A stretch of 51,078 bases of DNA, from the IMG/VR virus record IMGVR_UViG_3300032295_001188, positions 1 through 51,078 of that record; one strand, 5' to 3'. Source of the stretch: a virus (taxonomy: Duplodnaviria > Caudoviricetes). Positions 8,719 to 17,968 of the stretch are shown here, one piece after another (the first letter of the stretch is position 1; each line of letters begins with the position of its first letter). The position numbers and the translations under genes were made by a program. The notes beneath the pieces were generated by a model. It searched no databases and was not told the DNA's origin. It worked only from the letters and a program-made list of their open reading frames with translations.

Positions 8719-9528
8719 TTAAGCAACGTAGTAGCGATGAGCGCCGAAAGTGATCTTGACGAGCACTTCTTGGCTTTGCACCAGAGCCAGCGTACCGGAG
8801 GCGGTGGTGTTTGCTGCCATCGTCAGGGTTTGCGAGGTAGCGGACGAAACCGTAGCAGCAGTGCTGACAACGCCGATCCACTGCAACTGGCCCGTAGCCG
8901 CCACCAACTGGTACATATCCGTACCAACCGGGATCACCTGACCAATGGTCAGACCAGACACAACGATGGACGTTGAGCCGGTGCCGCTGACGTAGGTGCA
9001 ACCCGTGTTGATCTGCGTATCAGGCACAAGACCCAGAACGCGGAAGTTACCGGTCGAAGACGTGGCCGCAACCACACCACCAGCAGAGTTGCCAGTCGCG
9101 GAAGAACCCGTGGTGGTGTTACCCGCCATGTTCTGACCAACCAGAAGCTGCGTTGCCGAAGCAATGGTAGCCGTGCCAGCAGCCGTCACCACAGCAGCCT
9201 TGAAGACCGTATCCGGGTCGTCGCAGATGATGGCTTCGATGTCCCCAGCCAGGGTGTTGGCAGGGTAATACTGGGAGAACCGCTTCTGCTTGGTCACCGG
9301 ATCGGTGTACGAGCAGCCCAGGAACACACCAACCGCAGCGTTACCTGCAATGGTGTTGGCGAGGATGGTGACAAAGCCGCTTGCAAGCTGGACGAAGTCA
9401 CCGTAGTAAATGGCAGTGCCATAGTTGTAGGCAATCGGATACTCTCGGGTAGAACCTGAGAATACCTGACCACCAATGAGGTTTACGGGTTTGAAGCCGT
9501 AAGGTGCATCAATCGTGGGGTATCCCAT
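8719..9528 (-). CDS. capsid decoration / minor capsid protein
   Basis: DAPYGFKPV, GVFLGCSYTDP, DDPDTVF; immediately upstream of the MCP. Confidence 0.6.
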   Translation of the reverse strand: MGYPTIDAPYGFKPVNLIGGQVFSGSTREYPIAYNYGTAIYYGDFVQLASGFVTILANTIAGNAAVGVFLGCSYTDPVTKQKRFSQYYPANTLAGDIEAIICDDPDTVFKAAVVTAAGTATIASATQLLVGQNMAGNTTTGSSATGNSAGGVVAATSSTGNFRVLGLVPDTQINTGCTYVSGTGSTSIVVSGLTIGQVIPVGTDMYQLVAATGQLQWIGVVSTAATVSSATSQTLTMAANTTASGTLALVQSQEVLVKITFGAHRYYVA

Positions 9529-9543
9529 CTGAAACTCCTAAAT

Positions 9544-9990
9544 TTACGAACCGCGTCCAAACGAAACCTCAGAGCGGCGCTCCTTGAATAGAGGCATCCG
9601 GGGATCGTTCTCGCGCATGAAGTTGTTGTCCACTGACTGCATCTGACCATCAGCTTGACGCTGGTAGTACGAGTTGCGCTGTTCAGTGAACTCCTTTGGT
9701 GTTTTGCAAAGCAGCAGGCCACCGATCTCAATGCTGTCCGGGAACCGGCCTGAACCGACCCCCATCAGTTGAATCTCAGGATGTTCGCTTGCTTTCACGG
9801 GCTCCCAGCCCTCGCGGAGTTTTGCGGAAACATTACCTGGGTCGTTAGTGCCCAAGGTGCTGACGCGAATCCAGCGGAACGAATAGCCTTCTTCCGGGTT
9901 GGGATCAGGCAGCGCTGTAGGAGGCATCCACTGCTTGGGCCGTTCAGCCTTTGCTCGGGTGTCCAGTTCACGGGGATTACGTTCAGCCAT
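9544..9990 (-). CDS. conserved head-module hypothetical protein
   Basis: FRWIRVS...LREGWEPV...GGLLLCK; lies between scaffold and capsid genes. Confidence 0.7.
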   Translation of the reverse strand: MAERNPRELDTRAKAERPKQWMPPTALPDPNPEEGYSFRWIRVSTLGTNDPGNVSAKLREGWEPVKASEHPEIQLMGVGSGRFPDSIEIGGLLLCKTPKEFTEQRNSYYQRQADGQMQSVDNNFMRENDPRMPLFKERRSEVSFGRGS

Positions 9991-10909
9991 TTTGTTTCCT
10001 CATTTCTTCCGCAACCGCACGGGCGTACTGTTCATTGGTCAGTCCGAGCCGTTTGGCGATTTGAACTTGTGATTGCGTCAACACGATTTTTCGGGGCGCT
10101 GTGCTTCGCGTGGCGGGAGCTACAACCGACGATTTCTTTGGTTTCTCAGAGTTAAACGCTTCTGGAAACCGCTTGCGTACACGAGCATTGATCTTCTCGT
10201 AGTACTCATCGCTGCTTGTATCTACCCCACTTTCCACAAGATCTTGATGTACTGCCAGAGCAAGGGCGGTCATTTCCTTGTCGTCCCCAAACCAAGAATT
10301 GGCTTCTTGCCACGCTTTGGCTTTGGAATCAACTTGAACCTTTTGCTCAGGTCGCGGAGCGGGTTGTACCACAGGATTTTGTGGTTGTGCAACTGCCGGT
10401 TTGAAATTGTTTACTCGCTCTGCTTTGTATTTAGCAGCAGCAAGTGCCTCTTGGGCTTCAACCAAAGCATCAGAGTCTCCCGCTTCATATGCAGCTTTGA
10501 ACTTCTGCTTTGCTTGATCAAGTTCGTTTTGAACAACCTTTTTGGCTTGTTCAAGCAGGGCTTGTTGACCTTGGCCCAAACTACCTTGAAGGCGCTTGTT
10601 CTCTTCAACAAGGGTATGAGCAAGGCGCACTGCCTCTTCACGCTCACGCAAAGCCGCCTCTTTGGCCCTACGTTCTTCGTGGTAACCCTTGGAGAAGTGC
10701 TGGATGCGCTTCTTTACGCCCTCGGAATATTGCGCCAGTTCGTCATCAGTTACTTCTGACGGTGCTTCCTTCATAGGCTTGCGCCCACGATCTTGCTCTG
10801 GCGTGTCGTCTACAACTTCAATCTCGGGTTCGCCTTCGATCTCAATTTGCAGCTTCTCTTCCGTAGGCTTTTCGGCCTCAATCTCATCCGGGAACTTGAA
10901 ATCCGACAT
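9983..10909 (-). CDS. capsid scaffolding protein
   Basis: start at 10909 (GGAGG RBS); acidic N-terminus, long coiled coil, C-terminal LTQSQVQIAKRLGLTNEQYA. Confidence 0.7.
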   Translation of the reverse strand: MSDFKFPDEIEAEKPTEEKLQIEIEGEPEIEVVDDTPEQDRGRKPMKEAPSEVTDDELAQYSEGVKKRIQHFSKGYHEERRAKEAALREREEAVRLAHTLVEENKRLQGSLGQGQQALLEQAKKVVQNELDQAKQKFKAAYEAGDSDALVEAQEALAAAKYKAERVNNFKPAVAQPQNPVVQPAPRPEQKVQVDSKAKAWQEANSWFGDDKEMTALALAVHQDLVESGVDTSSDEYYEKINARVRKRFPEAFNSEKPKKSSVVAPATRSTAPRKIVLTQSQVQIAKRLGLTNEQYARAVAEEMRKQNG

Positions 10910-10910
10910 A

Positions 10911-11315
10911 TCAGCGTCCTCCCTTCTGGATGCCACGAGGATCTTGAACAACGGCTTCAACGCTGTCGTCGTTGATGATCCGCCACTCCGTACCATGAAT
11001 CTTTAGTCGCGTGCCCGTATTCGGTCGGACCAAGACGAAATCGCCTACCTTGCAGGACGGACCTGAAGGGAAACGCAGTGGATCTTTGTAGCAATCAGGG
11101 CCCATCTTGGCGACAAACAGCACCGGGCTCATTACTTCTTCGAAGTGCATGGTCTGACCAGACTTGATCAGCCCACTTTCGTACTCTTCTTCTGCCTTGG
11201 GCAGCATGCAGAGCAGGTGGTACGTCACAGGATCAGGCACCTGACGGGCCTTTTCTGCGTCACTTTCGGGCAATACCGTGGTGCTTGCGCCGTCACTCAG
11301 GAGGATTTCACTCAT
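10911..11315 (-). CDS. groES: GroES-like co-chaperonin
   Basis: SGLIK mobile-loop-like segment, MGPDCY, KVGDFVL, IINDDSVEAVV. Confidence 0.75.
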   Translation of the reverse strand: MSEILLSDGASTTVLPESDAEKARQVPDPVTYHLLCMLPKAEEEYESGLIKSGQTMHFEEVMSPVLFVAKMGPDCYKDPLRFPSGPSCKVGDFVLVRPNTGTRLKIHGTEWRIINDDSVEAVVQDPRGIQKGGR

Positions 11316-11342
11316 CGTCGTTTTCCATCTTTCGCAGGGGGC

Positions 11343-11371
11343 AAAAAAGAGGGTGCCCCCGATCCCTCTTT
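11343..11371 (-). terminator. terminator-like hairpin after the HNH gene
   Basis: AGAGGG-ATCGGGGGCA-CCCTCT-TTTTT on the minus strand. Confidence 0.5.
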
Positions 11372-11957
11372 ACCCTAAAAATCTATTGCAATTCCTGTTG
11401 CCTTTTGAAGCATTCCAACTTTTTGGCACTACTTGCAGGTTGTTATGTGCGCTTGTGCCACCCAAAGACACTGGAACAATGTGGTCTATCTCCCATACAC
11501 CACCCAAAATTTGTTGACGCACTGCACATAATTTTGCAGCCTCATCAAGAACAAAACGGTCAAACGCATCTAGCCCTCTTAATGACTGTCGTTTACGCGC
11601 TAGTTTTTGTTTGTTGTATTCTGGATTTGCTGCCGACCAAGCCCTAGACCAAGCCCTGCGTTTTTCTACGTTAGCTTTAGCGTATGCTTTTGCAGATGCG
11701 GCCCGCCGCTCTTTGTTTGCGTGATGTTTTGCTCTGTTTTTAGCTCGTGTTGACTCAAGATTTGCATAATACATATCTCTTTGATGCTGCCGTATAGCAT
11801 CTGCATTTCTTTCTCTATACGCCTTGACAGATGCGCGACTTGCTTCATTGGTGCAAACTTTACATTTATTGGCCCGACCGTCAGCCATTTTTTTAATTTT
11901 TGTAAATGCTTCTAATGGTTTTACTTGTTGACACCATTTGCACGCCTTATCAGTCAT
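11370..11957 (-). CDS. HNH homing endonuclease with N-terminal Zn finger
   Basis: IDHIVPVSLGG...HNNLQVV...NASKGN; CKWC/CKVC; visibly AT-richer; start at 11957 coupled to the upstream stop. Confidence 0.9.
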   Translation of the reverse strand: MTDKACKWCQQVKPLEAFTKIKKMADGRANKCKVCTNEASRASVKAYRERNADAIRQHQRDMYYANLESTRAKNRAKHHANKERRAASAKAYAKANVEKRRAWSRAWSAANPEYNKQKLARKRQSLRGLDAFDRFVLDEAAKLCAVRQQILGGVWEIDHIVPVSLGGTSAHNNLQVVPKSWNASKGNRNCNRFLG

Positions 11958-12141
11958 CGTCCTGCTCCATGCGATTGACAAGATCAGTTATAAAAGCATG
12001 TGCTCGTGATAAACCGCGAATCTCGCCACACAAGTCGCGGTACTCAGCATGATCTTTTGCTGAGCCTGAGATAAGCGCCTGCGCGATGGACTCGCGGCGC
12101 TCCTCAATTTCTTTGATAACCACGTCAAACGCAGTGGTCAT
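11950..12141 (-). CDS. small helical protein downstream of the portal
   Basis: AAGGAG RBS; EYRDLCGEIRGL. Confidence 0.75.
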   Translation of the reverse strand: MTTAFDVVIKEIEERRESIAQALISGSAKDHAEYRDLCGEIRGLSRAHAFITDLVNRMEQDDD

Positions 12142-12150
12142 ATTTACTCC

Positions 12151-14544
12151 TTACTGTTTTGCCCTTTGTTGAGGGTTAGTTTTAATCATGCTCTTCACCA
12201 TATCTGCACGGAGTTTTTTGTCTCCTTGCATTTGTTGAGCTTGTAAACGAGCGGCTTCTTTTTGAGTTTCCACTTGCAAACGCTGTTGCTCAAGAGCCAG
12301 CTTTTGTTGAGCAATTTGGAAATCTCGCTGACTATCAGCTTCCTTACGCTTAAGTTCTTCAGCCTTCAATTGCAATTCGGCTTGAGCCATTTGCAACTGC
12401 GGGTTTTGAGCCATTTGCTGGGCTTGCTGCTGTTGAGCTTTGCCCATGTTGCTCTGCAACAATTGTTGAGCCGCCTGGGCCACCAGACGAGACAATTGAA
12501 CCTCGGTCTGCTCATCAAGTTCCTGATCCGGCGCGGTCATAGGAACACCCAGTTGTTGCTCAATCTGCTGCCTATAAGCAAACGCCATGTGCTCTGCAAT
12601 GTGAGCCATCACTGCGCCCATCATCTGCTGAGCCATCGGGCTTTGGCCCATCATCTGCATGATCATTGGATCTTGCATCATGCTCATGTGGGTTGTGATA
12701 TGAGCTTGATGGTCTTGGTAAATAAACGCTTTGGTGGGTTTACCAGTCAGGAAACTCATGTTTTCTGACACAGGATCACGCGGTTTCTGGTCGTCCTCAA
12801 TAGGTACCAGACGCTCAGCGTTTTTAATACCCAAAACCTCCAGCATCTGACGATGCAGTTGAGGCAAGTCATAAATCTGCGGAGCACCTTGAGCCAATTG
12901 CAAAGCAGCTTGATACTGCATGATCCGCTGTGCCATTGTTGCGGCATTTGGATCACTAACCGGTATTACCTCAACTACGTCATAGTCGGCCTGTTTAGCT
13001 GACCGATCTCCGCCTTCAGGAGTATATGGATAAGAAGTGGGCAAAAAGTCCCGAATTATGTTCTTCAGGAGTTTGAACTCCATCCGCAAACTTGCGTGGA
13101 CTCGCGCCTGTACAGCACTCATGGTTTTGAGTTGCCGCTCCAAAATTGCCAGCGTAGTACCTACCGGAGCCTGGGCTGACATATCACTGATCTTGAGATC
13201 AGCAATAGCGGCTAGGCGACGGCCATCTTCGGTAATCTGCTGCAACAAAGCAGCAAGAACTTGGCTTGGCTCTTTGTATGGCAGCGGCATGATGTTGTCA
13301 CGCACGCTTCCAGAAGGAACGTCCACATCTCTAAACTCGCCAGGAGCAATGGGGGTGTCATCTCCCTTGATCCGCAATCCCCGGCTTTTCAGACCACCGG
13401 GCAGGTTGGACAAGGTTCCAGCATCCACCAGTTGTCGGATGATGGAAGTGCCAGCGCGAGCATAACCACCAATAAGGTGGATATAGCCCAGACCATAAGC
13501 GCCAAAACCAGGGATATAGGTGTATTGAACGAAGTGTTGTCGCTTGAGCTTTCGCTCGTCTGTTTCGTCCCAGTTTCGTCGGATTGCCAGAACCGTCTGA
13601 GTGCCCCTCTCAATCGTAACAACATACGGCAAAGGAACTTCATCTTCGTACCCCGGCATGTCCCAGTCTACGTGGATCTCCAGCACCTGATACCGATCGT
13701 CGTCGGTGAGGGTGTACCCCTGCTCCTCGGCCTTTTTCTTCTCAATGTCGGTAAAAAACCTGACAGGTTCATCCAGTTCTACGTCTTTATAAAAGCCAGC
13801 AACCTGTAGTTTCTTGATCTCGTTCTCAGTTTTACGCATGATGTGAGTCACGCGCTCGGCTGTGTAAACATTGGATGCCCCGTAAGGCATGATTAGATCT
13901 TCAGCCGGTACAAACGGAGCCGCAGGTAGTTCTGTACTCGGGTTGGGATAGATCTTCTTGAACGCCGCACCTGAGAGGCCAAGGGAATACAGCATCCGCT
14001 CGTGTTCTGACCTGTAATCAATCATCCGCTCGGTCAGCATGTAGTTCATGTCATCACGAACCCGCTCCGCCGCGTCAGTTTTTAGCTGGTCGATCTCACC
14101 AATGATCTGAGTCTTCACCGGACCTTGAGCCGGGAAGGTCTCTGTGATCATTTCCGACTGGAAACGGATAGCCGCTTCGGTCAAAAGTGGTGAATAAACC
14201 CCACAAGCGCCGTTCCACGGCTCCGTTCTTTCCTCATACTTCATGCCAAGAACCTCTAGGCCCTTGACAAACATCTCCGTCCAGTCTTTTCGACTGTTGA
14301 TGTCCGCATCCACCAGGGAAACAAGGTCAGACGCAAGAGTCTGAAGCTCTGCGTCGTCCATGTACTCGGCCAAATTTGCGCCAAACTCCTCAGCCGTCTC
14401 AGGCTCTGGCATCAGATCAATTTCTACCCCGTCAATCCCAATTTTTACGTCATCCGGGTTCTCAATTTCGATCTCAAGAACCGGTTCTGCGGTCATTGCA
14501 CCCATGTCAATGGGCATCAACGCGGTGTCAAAATTTGTTGCCAT
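12151..14544 (-). CDS. portal protein (P22-like, long Q-rich C-terminal coil)
   Basis: 797 aa directly after terL; PLLTEAAIRFQ, GAAFKKIY, RQLVDAGTLSNLPGG. Confidence 0.85.
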   Translation of the reverse strand: MATNFDTALMPIDMGAMTAEPVLEIEIENPDDVKIGIDGVEIDLMPEPETAEEFGANLAEYMDDAELQTLASDLVSLVDADINSRKDWTEMFVKGLEVLGMKYEERTEPWNGACGVYSPLLTEAAIRFQSEMITETFPAQGPVKTQIIGEIDQLKTDAAERVRDDMNYMLTERMIDYRSEHERMLYSLGLSGAAFKKIYPNPSTELPAAPFVPAEDLIMPYGASNVYTAERVTHIMRKTENEIKKLQVAGFYKDVELDEPVRFFTDIEKKKAEEQGYTLTDDDRYQVLEIHVDWDMPGYEDEVPLPYVVTIERGTQTVLAIRRNWDETDERKLKRQHFVQYTYIPGFGAYGLGYIHLIGGYARAGTSIIRQLVDAGTLSNLPGGLKSRGLRIKGDDTPIAPGEFRDVDVPSGSVRDNIMPLPYKEPSQVLAALLQQITEDGRRLAAIADLKISDMSAQAPVGTTLAILERQLKTMSAVQARVHASLRMEFKLLKNIIRDFLPTSYPYTPEGGDRSAKQADYDVVEVIPVSDPNAATMAQRIMQYQAALQLAQGAPQIYDLPQLHRQMLEVLGIKNAERLVPIEDDQKPRDPVSENMSFLTGKPTKAFIYQDHQAHITTHMSMMQDPMIMQMMGQSPMAQQMMGAVMAHIAEHMAFAYRQQIEQQLGVPMTAPDQELDEQTEVQLSRLVAQAAQQLLQSNMGKAQQQQAQQMAQNPQLQMAQAELQLKAEELKRKEADSQRDFQIAQQKLALEQQRLQVETQKEAARLQAQQMQGDKKLRADMVKSMIKTNPQQRAKQ

Positions 14545-14553
14545 GTTGAATCC

Positions 14554-16044
14554 TTAGTAAAACGCTACTTTGCGCTTGAAAGACCGCTCGTCGTCACGTT
14601 CGTCTGTCTGTAGACGAAGAAAACCACCCTGCCGGAAACGGATCAGTGCCTGAACAGCACTATCGACATCATCGTCATGCGGGGCGTTGGGGAAAGCGGC
14701 CATGTTTTCGATGAGTTCTCTAGCCCACCGGGTGTCTGGAGCCCACACTTTACCCGACTGGAACAGATCCGCCACCGAATTTATACGCACAAACTTGTCG
14801 TTCCCTCGACTCGGGGTGTACTCAGACACCGGGATGCCCATTTTTCGTAGCTCAAATATTAACGGAGCACCTGCTGCCTTGGCTTCCACAATAAAAGCAT
14901 CCGGCTCCCACTCTACATAGTGAGCATGCGCCTTCTCTTTAAGCTCAGGGAACTCCATCCGCTTCTGAAAAGAGTCCAACAAGATGATGTTCACATCATT
15001 CTCGTCCTCGTTCATGTGGAACACACCCCACGTAGTACAGGCCGAGTAGTCGTTCCTCTCGCCCTTAGTAAAAGCCGTGTCCCAAGACTGAATCACAAAC
15101 TCACACCTAGGAGCTTGTTCCTTTTCCCAGATCTTCCACCACTCTCTTTTGACAATCGCGCCCTCTTCAGCGGTGGGATTTTGCTGGTACTGAGCGTTCC
15201 ACTTGGCCGGGGGAAGTTCATCCCTCAACGCGGACAGTTCCTCAAGCGACCAAAACTCAGGCCAGAGAGGCTTCCCCGAAGGCATGATCGCCGGGAGTTC
15301 AATGATCTCCCACTGATCCTCTTTACCTAACTCTCCAGCGGTCTTCAGGATCTTACCTGTTAGGTCCGACTTACTCCACCTAGTCATAATGACCACGATA
15401 GCCCCTCCAGGCTGGAGACGCTGTCTCGGGCCAGATGAGTACCACTCAAACACAGAGTCGTAAATCTCCGGTCGGCCAGCGGCCAGGGCAGCTTCTTGTT
15501 CCGAGTGAGGGTCGTCAATGATCAACAAGTCAGCACCCTTACCAGTCATCGTGCCGCCGACACCGATAGCAAAGTACTCACCGTTTCTATTAGTAGCCCA
15601 TCTTCCAGCGGACTTAGAGTCCTGTCTCAAAGCCACATCTGGAAATATTTTCGCGTACTCCTCAGACCCCACCAAGTTACGAACCTTCCGGCCAAAGTTC
15701 ACAGCCAAGTCCGCAGTGTTCGATGCCTGGATTACCTTCTTCTCAGGGTACTTGCCAAGGAACCAGCTCGGCAACAAGTACGATCCAAACTCAGACTTCG
15801 TATGCCGAGGGCCAAGGTTGATGATCAACCTCTTCAACTTACCCTCAGCGATCTCCTCAAACTTCTTAGCCATCACCGCATGATGCCGACCATGAATAAA
15901 CCCCGGCCACATCTTCTTCACGTAGGCCATGAAACTCTTCTGGCACCTCTCCCTGTCCACAGCATCCTTGTAATCCTGAACCTGCTGTAACAGCTTCTCC
16001 TGATCCGCAGGAGTCAAACTTGCCACTAGATCATCTAGCTTCAT
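14554..16044 (-). CDS. terL: terminase large subunit
   Basis: INLGPRHTKSE Walker A-like, LLIIDDP Walker B, QSWDTA and HDDDVD nuclease motifs. Confidence 0.95.
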   Translation of the reverse strand: MKLDDLVASLTPADQEKLLQQVQDYKDAVDRERCQKSFMAYVKKMWPGFIHGRHHAVMAKKFEEIAEGKLKRLIINLGPRHTKSEFGSYLLPSWFLGKYPEKKVIQASNTADLAVNFGRKVRNLVGSEEYAKIFPDVALRQDSKSAGRWATNRNGEYFAIGVGGTMTGKGADLLIIDDPHSEQEAALAAGRPEIYDSVFEWYSSGPRQRLQPGGAIVVIMTRWSKSDLTGKILKTAGELGKEDQWEIIELPAIMPSGKPLWPEFWSLEELSALRDELPPAKWNAQYQQNPTAEEGAIVKREWWKIWEKEQAPRCEFVIQSWDTAFTKGERNDYSACTTWGVFHMNEDENDVNIILLDSFQKRMEFPELKEKAHAHYVEWEPDAFIVEAKAAGAPLIFELRKMGIPVSEYTPSRGNDKFVRINSVADLFQSGKVWAPDTRWARELIENMAAFPNAPHDDDVDSAVQALIRFRQGGFLRLQTDERDDERSFKRKVAFY

Positions 16045-16364
16045 TCCATGTTCCTAAAGCTAACGTAAGTAGGCCGCACAGACCTACCCATCCCCTCAAC
16101 CCTCTTCAAAGCCCCCAGCTTCACAAGCCGATCCACAATTTTTTTGGTTGAGCCAAGCCCAGGCTTCCCGCGTAGCTCACAAATATTCCTGAGACTCGGC
16201 CCGTATCCAAACCGCTCCCACCACACATCTATCGCCAAAAACACCTCTTTTTGAGCCTCTGTCATACCCATCTCCAACGTCTCTTCCCTAGATCCATACA
16301 CCTTCCGTAACGGACTCTGCAAAACTTTCTTCGTGCGCCACTTTTTGACAGGTCTGTTTTCCAT
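16041..16364 (-). CDS. LexA DNA-binding-domain-like winged-helix protein (no peptidase domain)
   Basis: MTEAQKEVFLAIDVWWERFGYGPSLRNICE...VDRLVKLGALKRVEGMGRSVR parallels the LexA N-terminal domain. Confidence 0.7.
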   Translation of the reverse strand: MENRPVKKWRTKKVLQSPLRKVYGSREETLEMGMTEAQKEVFLAIDVWWERFGYGPSLRNICELRGKPGLGSTKKIVDRLVKLGALKRVEGMGRSVRPTYVSFRNME

Positions 16365-16410
16365 TACAAATCAACAACTTAGCGCACTTCCTTAAACCAC
16401 TTTATGTCAT

Positions 16411-16736
16411 CCGTTAATATTTACGGTGCCAAAAATTTTTGGTACCCCCCACCACTTTTTGTTTGGCAAGCTACCGGGGGGTGTCGCCAGATCGAGGGGA
16501 TGGGTGCGGAGCGTTAATATTTACGCTGGACATGGCAAAAGTTGGTGTGGAATCCATCAGGACTTGGGGTGGTTTGAGTGGAATAGTATGTTTACGGGAG
16601 CGGGACTCCGCTGCTGCCATTGGGGGGGTGCCCGGTGGGTGGGGTCTCCTCCTCCCCATTAATATTAACGGCAGGGGCATCGTTAATATTAACGGTCGTC
16701 TCGCTGGTGTCGCTGGTGTCAGCATTAATATTAACG
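16411..16736. repeat. five copies of the palindrome C(G/A)TTAATATT(A/T)ACG
   Basis: copies at 16411-16426, 16511-16526, 16657-16670, 16681-16694 and 16723-16736. Confidence 0.85.
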
Positions 16737-17290
16737 CCCGCTAGTTCGCGCAGCAGTGAGTCAGCATCCGCTTCAATCACCGTGGCGTCTTGTGCCTGTG
16801 CCGTGAGAATGCCGCGTAGTTCAGCCATGACACGGGCGCGTGCGTCGTCACTGCTGGTAATGCTGCGGACTTCCTTCCTCTCGGTGAATGCAGCTACCTC
16901 CGTGACAGTCCCTAAAGTTTTAAGCGCTTGGACCTTAACGCTATCTTTTGTATCTGCATCAAGGGCAACTTGTACGAGGCCTTGAATCACTAAAGAGCGA
17001 AGCGCAGCGGGGGTTCTATGTTTCTCGGCCTCTATTGCCAGCGTATAGGCTTCTATTTCTCGCTGGATTCTCTCGTCTCGCATTAGTTCGTATGGTTTGC
17101 TTGCCATGGTGTACTTACTGGTGACGTCGTAGCTGGCCCTGTAGGCGTCAGCTTTAGTGGCTCCCATGGCAATGGCACGGGCGAAATTCTTTTGCTTTGT
17201 GGTGAGACCATCGGAAACGGTCTTCCCTAGGATGGCGGAGATAGGCAATTCTTTAGCTGCGGACTCTAGGGTCTTACGTGATAGCTTCAT
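16592..17290 (-). CDS. terS: terminase small subunit
   Basis: LTTKQKNFARAIAMGATKADAYRASY HTH start, KVQALKTLG; upstream of terL. Confidence 0.75.
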   Translation of the reverse strand: MKLSRKTLESAAKELPISAILGKTVSDGLTTKQKNFARAIAMGATKADAYRASYDVTSKYTMASKPYELMRDERIQREIEAYTLAIEAEKHRTPAALRSLVIQGLVQVALDADTKDSVKVQALKTLGTVTEVAAFTERKEVRSITSSDDARARVMAELRGILTAQAQDATVIEADADSLLRELAGVNINADTSDTSETTVNINDAPAVNINGEEETPPTGHPPNGSSGVPLP

Positions 17291-17303
17291 AGGGGTGATG
17301 CTG

Positions 17304-17323
17304 TACTGGGGTTATATACAGTA
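17304..17323. promoter_or_regulatory. LexA (SOS) box
   Basis: minus strand TACTGTATATAACCCCAGTA = TA-CTG-N10-CAG-TA, close to the E. coli-type consensus TACTGTATATATATACAGTA. Confidence 0.75.
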
Positions 17324-17347
17324 TAGGGGAACAGGGGGAGAAGACAA
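17320..17347 (-). promoter_or_regulatory. sigma70-like promoter for terS
   Basis: TTGTCT-16 nt-TATACT; the -10 overlaps the SOS box. Confidence 0.55.
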
Positions 17348-17436
17348 GGGGCTGTTGTTCGCTTCGCTCACTGCGGGCGGCGAAGGGGCCATTGGCAAAG
17401 CCTATCGGCACGCCGGACCCCATTGGAACAATTGTG

Positions 17437-17464
17437 TTGCGCCCTTCGTGCTGGCTGATAGGAT
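17437..17464 (+). promoter_or_regulatory. candidate early promoter
   Basis: TTGCGC-16 nt-TAGGAT with TGn extension, upstream of the first rightward gene. Confidence 0.4.
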
Positions 17465-17509
17465 CGCTCCTGTGCTGACTGATAGCACGCAACACGGAGA
17501 ACCCTCAAC

Positions 17510-17659
17510 ATGGAATACACCACACAACAGGACGCACACGGTAACGTGATCGTGTGCAAGGGGTCAGTGCCCCGTAACGGTTACCGCGTGATCTTCACGG
17601 GGTCTTATCTGGACTGCATGCGCGTTAAGGTTGACGCGCTCGTAAATCAGGAGGTTTGA
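17510..17659 (+). CDS. small early protein (49 aa, not in track)
   Basis: GGAG RBS; MEYTTQQDAHGNVIVCKG...NQEV*. Confidence 0.6.
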   Translation: MEYTTQQDAHGNVIVCKGSVPRNGYRVIFTGSYLDCMRVKVDALVNQEV

Positions 17660-17661
17660 AC

Positions 17662-17895
17662 ATGCAAGTCGGAATCTACATTGACCCTGCGATCAACTAC
17701 GAAGACTGCGCCCGGTCATGGGCCGAGAAGTTCAATCAACCCTTCCACACTACCGGGCGGGACTTTGAACTTGATCTGTCCCTATTGGAGTCTTCTTTTA
17801 TTGGAGTCTTCCCGGAAACACTGGAGTCAATCCAGATTGACCCGCCCGCCTTCGCTCAACGCGTCGCGGAGTACAGATCAAGTCTTGACGAATAA
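17662..17895 (+). CDS. small early protein
   Basis: GGAGG RBS before ATG 17662. Confidence 0.6.
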   Translation: MQVGIYIDPAINYEDCARSWAEKFNQPFHTTGRDFELDLSLLESSFIGVFPETLESIQIDPPAFAQRVAEYRSSLDE

Positions 17896-17968
17896 GCCTG
17901 ACCCATCCGTCTAGGGGATTCTGTCCCCTATGGGATGCGCCAGAGCATCGAATCAGGAGAAACCAACA

